DNA from: a virus
Taxonomy: Duplodnaviria > Caudoviricetes
IMG/VR virus record: IMGVR_UViG_3300033076_001145
Coordinates: 32,001 to 96,000 of that record
Length of the DNA stretch: 64,000 bases
Reading direction: 5' to 3' (one strand)
The notes under the pieces were generated by a model. The model was not told where the DNA came from, made no database searches, and saw only the letters and a program-made list of their open reading frames with translations. The number at the start of each line of letters is the position of its first letter. Position 1 is the first letter of the stretch. The position numbers and the translations under genes were made by a program. Shown one piece after another: positions 10,012-20,355 of this stretch.

Positions 10012-11590
10012 AAGAATAATATATACTGGTAAGGTAAAACATATCCAAGATATTTTTGTCACAGGTTTAATTCGAATTATACCTGAAGACGCAGAGGATA
10101 TACAATCATTATTGAATGATTTTTTTAAAAGGTCGGGTCTGACGGAAAAACAATTTTTCAGTGATGATAAAAGAGACATAAATCCAAAACTTTATTACAC
10201 TAAAAACGACCCCTTTGTTTTTCAACAGTTCGGAACAACATCTTTAAGTTTTCAACCTGCGGTGAATGACCTTTGTTTATTAATTTATACCGACAAAGAA
10301 AATAATTCAGGAAGAAAAAATCAATATTATATTCCAGCACCAAAACACTCTATCTTCAATGTCGAATCTGAAAACTATAATAAAACCAAAGGAACACTAG
10401 CCGAGGGTATTAACTATAGTTCAAGAACTCCTTTAAAAAATGTTAATGGTGAATATAACAATAAAAAATATTCAGGATGTTTCGCAGAGCCTGAGGATAA
10501 CGCAATTTACGGTAAAGGAACCACAAATATCATTCTAAAAAAGAACGATATATTAGTTAGAGCTGGTAGTTGTTTAGACGTTTCAAATCCAAAATTTGAT
10601 GGTTTAAACAAAAAGATGGGATTCTTACAAGTGTCACACTTTGATGGGAACAAAATTAAAATAAAAGATAATGTTGTTGAGAATTCATTACCTGACACAA
10701 CTCCAATTGCGAAGATTGTCGAATATGACATAACTTCAGGGTTAGAAGATGGTGAGGATTTATATAATGGAAGTGTTAAAATATATAATGTTCCCCCACT
10801 AAAGGAACTTGCTCAAAATTTATTTGGATTTTTAACACCAATACCCGAACAAGTTAAAGTCCCAATTAAAGAATACACATTTACAGGTCTTCCAGCTTCA
10901 GGGGCTTCTGATTTTGTTAATACTATTTTACAAGGTCTTAATGATGGTAAAATTGAAATTGGAGGGACAACTTATACTCCAACTGAACCAATATTTCCGT
11001 TTTTTTATAGACCCGCAATAAATTTAAGAGGTATATTATCATCACTTGCAAATCCAACAAGTAATCCTTTGGATTTTTTGAAAAAGGCAAATACCATTTC
11101 AATATATAATGATATTAAACTTAGTGGTTCTCTTAATATATCAGGGTTTGGTTTAGTTAGAAGTAAGAATAAGTTTGGTCCTGGCACAAAAAAAGTTAAG
11201 GAACAGAATCCTGCTCATAAGTATGATAATAAACCAACAAGTTCAACTATTGTTGGTAGTAATTACATTTATTTATTGAGTTATAACTCTAAATTACCTG
11301 ACCAAAAAGATGCAATTAAATTAAAACGAGAAGACTATTACGGAATATCTTCGGATACGATTGTTGATGAGATACACCCAAAGACTCAATCAATGGTGAG
11401 AGGTGAGAGTTTAAAAGACTTATTAGACATGATTGTTTTTTATTTAATTAACCATTCTCATCCGTTTTCAATGATGCCCCCATACAATGAGGCTCAAAAT
11501 GAAAATTCCCAACTAACTAAATCGGATATCCAATCAGAACTAGCTCAATTCAATAGTAAGGTTTTGAATACAAATATTCGAATTAATTGA
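10004..11590 (+). CDS. putative baseplate hub/central spike protein (gp5/gpV-like)
   Basis: OB-like N-region (FQPAVNDLCLLIY), central beta-rich region, C-terminal VRGESLKDLL...HSHP with an HxH spike-tip-like motif. Confidence 0.5.
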   Translation: MDKRIIYTGKVKHIQDIFVTGLIRIIPEDAEDIQSLLNDFFKRSGLTEKQFFSDDKRDINPKLYYTKNDPFVFQQFGTTSLSFQPAVNDLCLLIYTDKENNSGRKNQYYIPAPKHSIFNVESENYNKTKGTLAEGINYSSRTPLKNVNGEYNNKKYSGCFAEPEDNAIYGKGTTNIILKKNDILVRAGSCLDVSNPKFDGLNKKMGFLQVSHFDGNKIKIKDNVVENSLPDTTPIAKIVEYDITSGLEDGEDLYNGSVKIYNVPPLKELAQNLFGFLTPIPEQVKVPIKEYTFTGLPASGASDFVNTILQGLNDGKIEIGGTTYTPTEPIFPFFYRPAINLRGILSSLANPTSNPLDFLKKANTISIYNDIKLSGSLNISGFGLVRSKNKFGPGTKKVKEQNPAHKYDNKPTSSTIVGSNYIYLLSYNSKLPDQKDAIKLKREDYYGISSDTIVDEIHPKTQSMVRGESLKDLLDMIVFYLINHSHPFSMMPPYNEAQNENSQLTKSDIQSELAQFNSKVLNTNIRIN

Positions 11591-11610
11591 TATTTATCTA
11601 ATAAAAGATA

Positions 11611-13119
11611 ATGTCAGTACATTTTTCGTATTTTAAAAAGAACAATACAATACTATATAATAGTTTTACTAACACTGGTAGAGCCCCATATACTCAATTG
11701 TATTTTGGTTCATATAACGATGGGATATCCTCACCAGGGTATAGTCGTTTTATTTTTGACTTAGACCTAACCGACTTAATTGACAAATATACAGGAACCA
11801 CAATTTCCACAGCTTGTACTCAAACACCAATGAGACACATCCTTAAAATGACCAATACTTCGTCATTTGATGATTCATTATTAAACAGTGAAACCTCAGA
11901 TGGTAGGTTGAGAGCAACATCATTTGATTTATTTTTATTTAGATTACCAAAAACTTCTGGTGACACTGGGACATATCAAAATTGGGATGAAGGAGTTGGT
12001 TCGGATTATTATGACGTTAAAAAAACAATTAATTCTTCTAACTCATTACTTACCCCAGTATTATTACCTGATAATAAAAGTTTTTCTCAAAGACCTTCCA
12101 ATTGGTATCACGCAACAACTATATCAGGATGGTCTCAAACAGGTATCTACTCCAATACAAATTCAGGGTTAGTAAATTATAGTGGATTAACAATCATTGA
12201 TACTCAACATTTCCAATTTGGTAATGAGAACATTGAGTTTGATATGACAAATGAAATTAACTCAATTCTTAACGGAACATTGACAGGTGTTACAGGGTGG
12301 GGAATTGCTTATCATCCTGATTTAGAAACAATGTCGGGATTAACGGCAAACTATTCTGTCGGGTTCTTTACAAGACATACTCAAACATTCTACGAACCAA
12401 AATTAGAAACAGTATATGATGATTACGTTAATGATAATAGAAATAATTTTTCTCAATATAAAGAAAATAAATTATATCTATACTCATATATCAATGGGGA
12501 ATTAACAAACTTAGATTCTCCTCCCATTTTTTCACTATTAGATAGTAATAATAACTTTGTTAATTTTGGTAATGGGGTAACTGAATTATCAACTTGTTTG
12601 AGGACAAAAGGAATCTACGAGGTAACAATACCGGCTTTAAGTGCTTCAGCTCCTTGTACATTCTACGATGTTTGGAGACCAATAAATTATAACGGAGTTC
12701 AATTACCTGAGATTGTTAATTCTGTAATTATGTATCCGTTTGAATCTTATTTTGATTTAGGATTTAAAAGTAAAACTCCGTCAATTTATGGGTTTGATTT
12801 TTATGGTCTAAAACAAGATGAAAAGATTGTTAATAACGACCTTAGAAAGGTTGGGGTTTCAATAAAGAAAGCGTATTCAACACAAGAAATCTTAAATGAT
12901 GTTTCGGCATATTATCGAGTATATGTTAAAGAAGGGACAACTGAAGTTGATGTTCAGGATTGGACTAAAATTAGTAAATCATCAAACGAATACTTCTTTT
13001 TCTTTGACACAAGAGACAAAATACCCAATGAGTATTTTATCGATTTAAAAGTTTTAAGTTCAGGAGAAGTTAATACATATAAACAACAAATAAGATTTCA
13101 AATAGTAAATCAAAAATGA
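11611..13119 (+). CDS. putative virion structural protein (S/T/G-rich, beta-rich)
   Basis: SRFIFDLDL, WDEGVG, FFTRHT..YEPKLE; TATTTAT upstream. Confidence 0.55.
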   Translation: MSVHFSYFKKNNTILYNSFTNTGRAPYTQLYFGSYNDGISSPGYSRFIFDLDLTDLIDKYTGTTISTACTQTPMRHILKMTNTSSFDDSLLNSETSDGRLRATSFDLFLFRLPKTSGDTGTYQNWDEGVGSDYYDVKKTINSSNSLLTPVLLPDNKSFSQRPSNWYHATTISGWSQTGIYSNTNSGLVNYSGLTIIDTQHFQFGNENIEFDMTNEINSILNGTLTGVTGWGIAYHPDLETMSGLTANYSVGFFTRHTQTFYEPKLETVYDDYVNDNRNNFSQYKENKLYLYSYINGELTNLDSPPIFSLLDSNNNFVNFGNGVTELSTCLRTKGIYEVTIPALSASAPCTFYDVWRPINYNGVQLPEIVNSVIMYPFESYFDLGFKSKTPSIYGFDFYGLKQDEKIVNNDLRKVGVSIKKAYSTQEILNDVSAYYRVYVKEGTTEVDVQDWTKISKSSNEYFFFFDTRDKIPNEYFIDLKVLSSGEVNTYKQQIRFQIVNQK

Positions 13120-13778
13120 GAAGGATTAAACTAACCGAAAATGACTTAATTAACATAGTTAAAAGATTAATTAACGAGTCGAAACACGAATTTCAAAATT
13201 ATGAAGATTCTATTTTAGATAAAATATCTTCAGATGGTTTTGAATCATTGTCAAACATTGAAAAAACGATACTAAATAATGTAAGTTCTGAGAATTTCGA
13301 CACAAAACCAATTATGTTAATGATTGCTAAAAAAATTGCAAGTAGAGAACAATTGACAGATATTGAAAAAATGTTTTATGACGAATATTCTGTTTCTCCT
13401 GTTGAAACTAAAGGTAGGGAGTTGGAACCCAATGTAATATATGATGCCGGAGATGATGAAATTCCAGCATCTGACGATAGGGAGAATAAATTCACATTTG
13501 AGGACCCAAAAGGACAAATTCCGTCAATGTCATTTGAACTTTCAAAAATATACTTCACAGATAAATATTTAATTTTCCAAGGTACATTAGAAGTTGGGGA
13601 TACTCAATATTACGGAAAGATATTTACAGACCCAAATGGGGAATATTTGGGTAATAAATTTAAAAGTGAAAGTCAAACATCTCCTAATGATGACTATGAA
13701 TCAACTCCGATTGACGCATTTTTAACAGTTGCAGCACAACAATTAAACCAAGATGACCAACAAAACAATGAATATTAA
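13116..13778 (+). CDS. leader-bearing hypothetical protein (putative head cargo)
   Basis: N-terminus MRRIKLTENDLINIVKRLINES. Confidence 0.7.
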   Translation: MRRIKLTENDLINIVKRLINESKHEFQNYEDSILDKISSDGFESLSNIEKTILNNVSSENFDTKPIMLMIAKKIASREQLTDIEKMFYDEYSVSPVETKGRELEPNVIYDAGDDEIPASDDRENKFTFEDPKGQIPSMSFELSKIYFTDKYLIFQGTLEVGDTQYYGKIFTDPNGEYLGNKFKSESQTSPNDDYESTPIDAFLTVAAQQLNQDDQQNNEY

Positions 13779-14292
13779 TGAAACAATAAAAAAGATTCTT
13801 AAAGAAGAATCTGAAAGATACATGTTCTTTAGTAATTTAGAACAAATGAGAAGACAATGTGACCTATTATTAGATTTAGACCGTAATATGGTTGAGGGAA
13901 TTTTATCCAATGGTCATGATTGGGCTCAGGACCACATTGCCGAAGCGAAGAACAATATGGACCAAGTATTTGATTTTTTAATGAACGAATTAAATGAAGG
14001 GAAATCTGATGAAATGATGGAAGATGTGGGGTTAGAAGATTTAGCAATTGCTGATGAGACTGACGGTAAAATGACTCCTGACCAAGCGGTTGCATTGTCA
14101 ATGACAGAAGGTCGTAAAAAAACGGGGACAAAACTATGCGCTCGTGGTAAATCAGCGGCTAAGTCAAAATTTAAGGTCTATCCCTCAGCCTATTCAAATG
14201 GTTACGGAGTCCAAGTCTGTAAAGGTAGAATGCCAGGACTTGATGGTAAAAAAAGATGTTCTCCACCATACTGTGGTTCTAAGAAAAAATAA
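13768..14292 (+). CDS. leader-bearing protein with basic Cys-rich C-terminal module
   Basis: MNINETIKKILKEES; after MTE: GRKK..CARGK.AAK.KFKVYPSAY.NG...C. Confidence 0.7.
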   Translation: MNINETIKKILKEESERYMFFSNLEQMRRQCDLLLDLDRNMVEGILSNGHDWAQDHIAEAKNNMDQVFDFLMNELNEGKSDEMMEDVGLEDLAIADETDGKMTPDQAVALSMTEGRKKTGTKLCARGKSAAKSKFKVYPSAYSNGYGVQVCKGRMPGLDGKKRCSPPYCGSKKK

Positions 14293-14337
14293 TTTTTTTA
14301 GTTTATCTTTCTATTGTTTATCCATATATTTATATGT

Positions 14338-14826
14338 ATGGATAAACAAAAAAAATGTAAAGTTTGTAACCTTGTAAAATCAGAAGATGAATTTTACAAA
14401 TCACAAAGGGGTTTGAAATGTAAGACCTGTGTATTAGAAATTACAAGAAAATATAAAAGAAATAAAAGAAAAGATATAGAATTCAGATTAAATGAAAGTG
14501 TCAAACAAAAAGAAAGGAGAGTTCGTCTGTGGCAAAATACTTTAATTCACGATTCAAAGTATAGAGGTGTTGAAAATACTTTAACGGTTAATGATATTAA
14601 TGAAATGTTTGAAAATCAAAATGGATTATGTTATTGGTTCAAAGTCCCATTAATACCGTCAAACAATAAAAAACACCCACAACAACCATCTTTAGATAGA
14701 ATTGATAGAAATAAAGGTTATACAAAAGATAATGTCGTTTTATCTTGTTACTCCGCAAATATTGGTAGAAATGAAACTGATATTGATGAGTGGGAAAAAT
14801 TTTTAAAAATATTGTTAGTTCAATAG
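14338..14826 (+). CDS. HNH/endoVII-like endonuclease with Zn ribbon (possible homing endonuclease)
   Basis: CKVC...CKTC; QNGLCYW...SLDRIDRNKGYTKDNVVLSC..AN; start reassigned to the ATG 4 nt after TATTTAT. Confidence 0.75.
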   Translation: MDKQKKCKVCNLVKSEDEFYKSQRGLKCKTCVLEITRKYKRNKRKDIEFRLNESVKQKERRVRLWQNTLIHDSKYRGVENTLTVNDINEMFENQNGLCYWFKVPLIPSNNKKHPQQPSLDRIDRNKGYTKDNVVLSCYSANIGRNETDIDEWEKFLKILLVQ

Positions 14827-14862
14827 TTTTACCATATCTTTGTGAATATATTCATTAATGAT

Positions 14863-15279
14863 ATGAACCCCCTGAAAAAACAATACTACAAACTTAGAAT
14901 CTTATTAAGAAATAATTTTTCTAGACCTGACCATGTTATCGAACAAAAGAAATATGAGTCATTATGTGTCAATGTTGCAAAGTCCCTAATAAAGGACAAA
15001 AATTCAATATTGGTCTATACCCCTAAAAGTTTCAAATACTATATTAAAAACCAAAATCATGGTGTTTATATGGTTATCTGTGATGCAGTTCTTTCAGTCA
15101 CAAACCACAAGTACTCCTACGAAATCAAATTAACCCCAAAAAACGAACGAAAACTAATTAATGTATTCGAGAACGAATTAGAAAAAAGAGGTGAAATTTA
15201 CGACACAGAAATGATTTTACAAATAAAAGATTCATTAACTGATATTTATAATAAAATAATAAGTGATGAACAACAGTGA
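14863..15279 (+). CDS. hypothetical protein
   Basis: ORF preceded by TATCTTTG; start uncertain (14842 GTG or 14863 ATG). Confidence 0.6.
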   Translation: MNPLKKQYYKLRILLRNNFSRPDHVIEQKKYESLCVNVAKSLIKDKNSILVYTPKSFKYYIKNQNHGVYMVICDAVLSVTNHKYSYEIKLTPKNERKLINVFENELEKRGEIYDTEMILQIKDSLTDIYNKIISDEQQ

Positions 15280-15457
15280 ATTAAAAAAAACAATTAGAAA
15301 ACATCTATTGGAAGGTTTTGCAAAATACTCTAAATTTGAAAGAGCTATGATAATCCAAGATGTTTTGGATAGAGTTGGCCAATATGAGGATGAGTATGTA
15401 AATGCTTTAAGAGAATTCAACTCTAACTTCCCATCAACAATGTATAAAAGAGATTAA
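15263..15457 (+). CDS. small leader-bearing hypothetical protein
   Basis: MNNSELKKTIRKHLLEG. Confidence 0.6.
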   Translation: MMNNSELKKTIRKHLLEGFAKYSKFERAMIIQDVLDRVGQYEDEYVNALREFNSNFPSTMYKRD

Positions 15458-15846
15458 TCAAAAATCTCTTTTTCTTTTTTCTTATTTTTTTTAATAAAAA
15501 GTTTTGTAACTTCTCCAGACTTCGCGTTTGCAAAATTTTCGGATTCCCCTCCAATATCCTTTCTATCTTTAATATTTAATTTTTCATGGTCATACGCATG
15601 AGCCCACTCGTGTGACAGAGTTCTTAATACATCCGCAAACATTCTCCCCTTAAATAAAATACGAATTCTGTCTTTACCATTATTATATGAACCTGTAGTC
15701 ATGTCTTTAGTTTTTTCGTCTAATAACATTATTTTTAAATCATTCTCTAATGGCATTTTAGTTTGTAATAATTTACAAAATTTTTTTAAAAGTTCGAGTT
15801 GAGTTTTTTTAACCGTATTTTTTTTATATTTAAAACAAATTTTCAT
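15454..15846 (-). CDS. zincin-like metallopeptidase (HExxH)
   Basis: VLRTLSHEWAH...SENFAN. Confidence 0.65.
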   Translation of the reverse strand: MKICFKYKKNTVKKTQLELLKKFCKLLQTKMPLENDLKIMLLDEKTKDMTTGSYNNGKDRIRILFKGRMFADVLRTLSHEWAHAYDHEKLNIKDRKDIGGESENFANAKSGEVTKLFIKKNKKKEKEIFD

Positions 15847-16540
15847 TTAAAGTCGATAATATTTTTTTTATCAAAATCTCTTCATTAGTCTTTTTCTTTT
15901 TGTAAGAAACCATTTTAGGCTTATTACCTGTACCACTCTTAGGATTGGTTTTTTCAGCTCTTCTTTTTTGAGCACAAGCGGCCTTTTTTTGAGAATCGGT
16001 CATTTTACCTGCAACTCCCGCAGCTCTACATTTAGGATAACCTTTATCTTTTGCTTCAGGTCTTCCACAAGGTGGATGTTTTCCATCTACTTTTCTACAA
16101 ATATTAACCCATGGACCTTTAGGTTGCTTACTACCCTTAGGTTTCTTTTTAGTTCCAAACCATACTCCTAAATCTTCATTAACAAATGGTTTAGATGCAT
16201 CTTTAATTTTTAAAGAATTACCATTATTTAATATATCCCCATCATCATCGTTTTGTATAGGGTGTTTTGACATGTAGTTACTAATTTTTTCAGATTTTTT
16301 CTCCATTTTTTTAATTTTATTTTTTGGAGTATCCATACTTCCATCATAACTATCATAAGCCAATTCCGAGTTATCATATTTTGATACTGGTTCATTGAAT
16401 GGGGATAACTGTGACTTTTTAAATTTTCTAAATCCCGGCATTATTGGAGCACTATAAGAACCTCTTCCTGCGGAGTCCGCAGTCGACTCATTTACAGGAC
16501 TAAATACCTTATTGATTATCTCATTAATATTTCTTATCAT
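15830..16540 (-). CDS. leader-bearing protein with basic Cys-containing module
   Basis: MIRNINEIINKVFSPVNES; after VNE: DLGVWF...WVNICRK...CGR....YPKCR. Confidence 0.7.
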   Translation of the reverse strand: MIRNINEIINKVFSPVNESTADSAGRGSYSAPIMPGFRKFKKSQLSPFNEPVSKYDNSELAYDSYDGSMDTPKNKIKKMEKKSEKISNYMSKHPIQNDDDGDILNNGNSLKIKDASKPFVNEDLGVWFGTKKKPKGSKQPKGPWVNICRKVDGKHPPCGRPEAKDKGYPKCRAAGVAGKMTDSQKKAACAQKRRAEKTNPKSGTGNKPKMVSYKKKKTNEEILIKKILSTLNENLF

Positions 16541-16560
16541 ATTAATAAATATTTGAAACT

Positions 16561-16806
16561 ATGGAACAAGACGGATTACTAAATCAAATACAAGAAAAAG
16601 TTAAAGAAATTACACCTGAAAAAAATGTATTTAATGCAATTTTTTATAATACTGATTCAGAATTAGACATGTTCATTATGAACTTAAATAATGAACAGGC
16701 CCTTTTTTGTTTAATTGAGGCTTGTAAAAAATCATATGAACGAGGTACATTTAATATGATTGAAAGTGAGATAGTTTCAAAATCAATCAGAATATTGGAA
16801 AAATAA
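16561..16806 (+). CDS. hypothetical protein
   Basis: 81-aa ORF ending at a bidirectional terminator. Confidence 0.65.
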   Translation: MEQDGLLNQIQEKVKEITPEKNVFNAIFYNTDSELDMFIMNLNNEQALFCLIEACKKSYERGTFNMIESEIVSKSIRILEK

Positions 16807-16832
16807 AAAAGGTCAGATTTCTCTGACCTTTT
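16805..16832. terminator. bidirectional intrinsic terminator
   Basis: A6-GGTCAGA-tttc-TCTGACC-T4 between convergent genes. Confidence 0.8.
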
Positions 16833-16852
16833 AATATTAACATTAAGATATA

Positions 16853-18721
16853 TTATCTTAACTCGTTTAAGTCGAATGTACGTACTCCATCAACTGTGAT
16901 ACGTCCGAAGAAACGGTTGTTAACCATCTTCTTAGCGTAACGTGTCATGATACCTTTGATAGGTGTGAAGTTGAATGGGTTGTACATAGTTGGTGTTAAT
17001 TGTAATGGTACGTATGGAGCGTAGATGTAACCAGTATCCAACAAAGAAGTACCTTTGTGACCAATCAAGATAGTGTTTGGTGGGAAGTATGGGTCACGAT
17101 ACACTTGGTAACGTCCACTCAATGTTCCAACTCTTTCAATACCCATGTTATATTGGTCTTGCTCAGGAGCTGCGTTTGATACGTGGAAGTATTGTAAATC
17201 ATCAAAAATCGCAGAGATTTCAGAAGATACAACAATCCAGTTAGCACCACCTCTCAAAGTAGACTTGTGGATTTGAGCTGAGATTTGGTTAATCGCAGTA
17301 ATCAAAGTTTGGTTCCAGTCTTTTTGAGTGTATGGAGTTGCTTGGTTATTCAGTCTCTTCCATCCGTTGTAATCCCAACGTAATGTCCAAGCCGCACCTT
17401 TACGTAAGTCACGTAAGATTTCACGGTCAATTTCAGCCGCAACTTGCTCTGACAATAATGCTGTCAATTCAGCTTCAGCATCGATGTTGTGGAATGCCGC
17501 AACGTCTTGAGCCAATTCAGGAGACCATTGTGCTCTTAACTTTCTTTCAGTTACAGAAACTGTTACTGACTCTAAGTTGAAAGAAACTTCACCAATTTTG
17601 TCTTCGAATTCTAATTCTTCATAACGTCTCCAAGCCGCTGTAATATTAGTAGTACCTGACCATACAGAGTTGGTTAATGTTGCTCCTGAATAACCGTCAG
17701 GTGTTGATTGAGAACATGCAATACATGCAGGAACTTGTGTGTCAATCTCTAAATAAATTACTCCCGCCGCATTACAAATGTTATAAAAACTACCACCATT
17801 ACCGTCAGTTGGATATGTAGTTTTTGTTTGAGTTCCGTAATCAACAATACCGCTACCGTATTTTTGAGTAACAACACGATAAAGTAGTGGAGTCGCAGTA
17901 GAAGTTCCTAAATTAGTCGCAGCTGCTGAAACATTTGTAAATAACACTAAATTAGACAAAAATGATTCAGTATCCATTTCTTGACCATCAGGACCTATTA
18001 ATTTTCCGTCCCCAACTGTGGTAAATCCAGATAAACCAACAATGATTTTTCTAAATTCTTTAGTTCCACTAGCGGCTTCACCATTTACAGTATAACCTGA
18101 AACAATCAAATTACCATTACTCCAAGCAACTGTTTGAGTAAGTGCGGTCATTACTGTAAATCTTCCTTTAGAATAATCAAATAAACCAGCAGGATTTAAT
18201 CCAGGTTCAGTACCTTCATAGAACAAATCGTAAAGATTTTTAGCATATGGAGTACCAACATTTGACCCAGGATAACCAGCATTTGCATCTCCACCATAAT
18301 TCCCTGGAGAACCTTGTGGTGCGAAATGGTCACCTGAATTAGTATTTCCTCCGGGATATAGAGCGTTTGTTGAAGCTCCAGTATATCCTTGGATTTGAGG
18401 TACGAAGTAGAACAATTTACCGATTGGTAAGTTCATAGCTTGTACAGAAACGATGTCATTCGCTAACAATTTAGAGAATACACGTCTGATGATTGGGAAT
18501 ACAACAGTTTCAAATGAACCTGAATCCGCAGTTGATGATGACTCGTTGATTAAGTGAGAAGCTTGGTTCTCATACAACTGTGCAACATTTTCTTTTAGGT
18601 GGCCTCTAAGACCTTCTAGGAACCCTAATTTGTCCCATTTGCTTATAGTGTCTTCTTTGATAACTTTAAGGTGCTTAAGACCGATGTTACCAACTAATCC
18701 ACTTTCTAATAATGCTCCCAT
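16853..18721 (-). CDS. major capsid protein (T4 gp23-like) with large insertion
   Basis: IRRVF..L.A.DIVSVQAM..P.G..F, RKLRAQWSPELAQD...H.IDAEAEL..LLSEQVAAEIDREI, YAPYVPL, TRY. Confidence 0.97.
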   Translation of the reverse strand: MGALLESGLVGNIGLKHLKVIKEDTISKWDKLGFLEGLRGHLKENVAQLYENQASHLINESSSTADSGSFETVVFPIIRRVFSKLLANDIVSVQAMNLPIGKLFYFVPQIQGYTGASTNALYPGGNTNSGDHFAPQGSPGNYGGDANAGYPGSNVGTPYAKNLYDLFYEGTEPGLNPAGLFDYSKGRFTVMTALTQTVAWSNGNLIVSGYTVNGEAASGTKEFRKIIVGLSGFTTVGDGKLIGPDGQEMDTESFLSNLVLFTNVSAAATNLGTSTATPLLYRVVTQKYGSGIVDYGTQTKTTYPTDGNGGSFYNICNAAGVIYLEIDTQVPACIACSQSTPDGYSGATLTNSVWSGTTNITAAWRRYEELEFEDKIGEVSFNLESVTVSVTERKLRAQWSPELAQDVAAFHNIDAEAELTALLSEQVAAEIDREILRDLRKGAAWTLRWDYNGWKRLNNQATPYTQKDWNQTLITAINQISAQIHKSTLRGGANWIVVSSEISAIFDDLQYFHVSNAAPEQDQYNMGIERVGTLSGRYQVYRDPYFPPNTILIGHKGTSLLDTGYIYAPYVPLQLTPTMYNPFNFTPIKGIMTRYAKKMVNNRFFGRITVDGVRTFDLNELR

Positions 18722-18754
18722 TTTATTTTTTAGGTTTTATTATTTTATTGTTTA

Positions 18755-20245
18755 TTATTTTATTATTTTTGACATAATGTCTTTCATTCTCAGGAATTGA
18801 GGATTTTCATATGTTTTTGATTCAATCAAATTAACTGATGAACCTGACTTTTGGTCGGTATCAATAATTCTTTCAATTGATTCAGTAACAGGTTTTCTCA
18901 CATCTTCTCCTGACAACTCATCTTTAATTGTTTTATAAAGAGCTTTAGACTCTTTAATAGTTTCTGCAGAATCAAATCTTCTCAAAATGTTAATTTTTTC
19001 TTGCTTAGACGTTGAATGTTCTGTGAACAATCTTGTAGCATATGCCAAATTAGAATTAAATATAGCAACTTCGTTAAGTTTATCTCTAAACATATTTAGA
19101 GCCTTTCTATATTCTTCATTTTTAGCCTTTAACGTTTCGACTTCTCTTTGAACTGACTCGGTGTGTGTTCTCGCACTTTCTTGTCCTGCTCTTGCACCTT
19201 TTTTCAAAGCTCCTTTTCTCCAACCTGTACCATAAGTACGAGCCGCTTCGGTAGCTTCTTCTTTAGATAATTTGATACCTGTTCTACTTGGCATTTCAAA
19301 AGTTTCACCTTCTTTAAATTCGAATTTCGCTTTACCCATACCAACACCTTTAGTACCTTGTTTCATCTTTTCTTTGAATCCTCCTGTAGATTTTTTATAT
19401 GAGAATTTAGAAGCCGAACCTGTCTTAGCTCCTTTACCTACTTTAGGTTTAGAAGATAATTTAGATTCATAAACGTTATCCATTTCTTCTAACTCGTCTT
19501 CATCATTGTCATCATCTGTAGCGTCCAAAGCAATTTCATAAATTGTTTCATCCATTTCTTCTTCTGACCATGACTCATCCATTTCATCATACTCTGATTC
19601 ATACATTTCTTCTGAATCCTCTTCCATTTCGTCTTCTTCGTGCATTTTTGACTTAGGAACAAACATTGCGTCTTTTGTATTTGACTTTACTTCTTTTTCT
19701 TTCTTCTCTGATTTTTCTTCGAATAATGAATCATCCATATCATCAAAATCTTCTTCGTCTTGGATTATGTATTCTACGTCTTCAGAATCATCAGTTAAAT
19801 GAATATAATCACCGTCTTTTGTTACTGTGATTTCATCTTCAGCTGACATTGCTTTGAAAACTTTCAATACTTCCTCGTCAGAAGCGTCAGTTAAGTCAAT
19901 GGTTTCATCATCCATATCAATGTCCATGTCATTCATACCCATGTCGTCAGAATCGTCATCGTCCATGTCCATGTTATCCATGTCCATTTCTAATTCGTCT
20001 TCATCATCACCTGAGATTTCCATGTCATCCACATCAATTTCGTCAGAATCTTCATCTTTGTCGATATCAATCATTTCGATATCGTCTGATTGTTCATTAG
20101 TCTCATTTTTCATAGACTCTTTTACTAATTCGCTAATTTCTTCCTTCATTGTAGAAGCAAGTATTTCTTTTGCGTTTTCGTTAATAACCTCTTCCAAATT
20201 TTGAATTTGGATTAATGTTTCTTCAACTAAATTTTTTTCTGCCAT
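18755..20245 (-). CDS. prohead scaffold/core protein
   Basis: Directly upstream of the MCP; very acidic centre, coiled-coil C-terminus, many [ILVM]-x-E sites. Confidence 0.8.
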   Translation of the reverse strand: MAEKNLVEETLIQIQNLEEVINENAKEILASTMKEEISELVKESMKNETNEQSDDIEMIDIDKDEDSDEIDVDDMEISGDDEDELEMDMDNMDMDDDDSDDMGMNDMDIDMDDETIDLTDASDEEVLKVFKAMSAEDEITVTKDGDYIHLTDDSEDVEYIIQDEEDFDDMDDSLFEEKSEKKEKEVKSNTKDAMFVPKSKMHEEDEMEEDSEEMYESEYDEMDESWSEEEMDETIYEIALDATDDDNDEDELEEMDNVYESKLSSKPKVGKGAKTGSASKFSYKKSTGGFKEKMKQGTKGVGMGKAKFEFKEGETFEMPSRTGIKLSKEEATEAARTYGTGWRKGALKKGARAGQESARTHTESVQREVETLKAKNEEYRKALNMFRDKLNEVAIFNSNLAYATRLFTEHSTSKQEKINILRRFDSAETIKESKALYKTIKDELSGEDVRKPVTESIERIIDTDQKSGSSVNLIESKTYENPQFLRMKDIMSKIIK

Positions 20246-20308
20246 TTTGCATTTTTTTAATAAATATGTAGATATTCTAAAAAATACGTTTTATGGGGAT
20301 AAAAAAAC

Positions 20309-20334
20309 AAAAAAGGGAACTTTCGTTCCCTTTT
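20309..20334. terminator. intrinsic terminator
   Basis: A6-GGGAAC-tttc-GTTCCC-T4. Confidence 0.75.
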
Positions 20335-20355
20335 GTTAAATGGTTAATAATTTTT

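Noticed and set aside
19272-20204. Long antisense Ser/Ile-rich ORFs (also 21953, 22668, 30347, 41969, 54738 and others)
   Set aside because: These are shadows of acidic genes on the opposite strand, with no motifs or start signals
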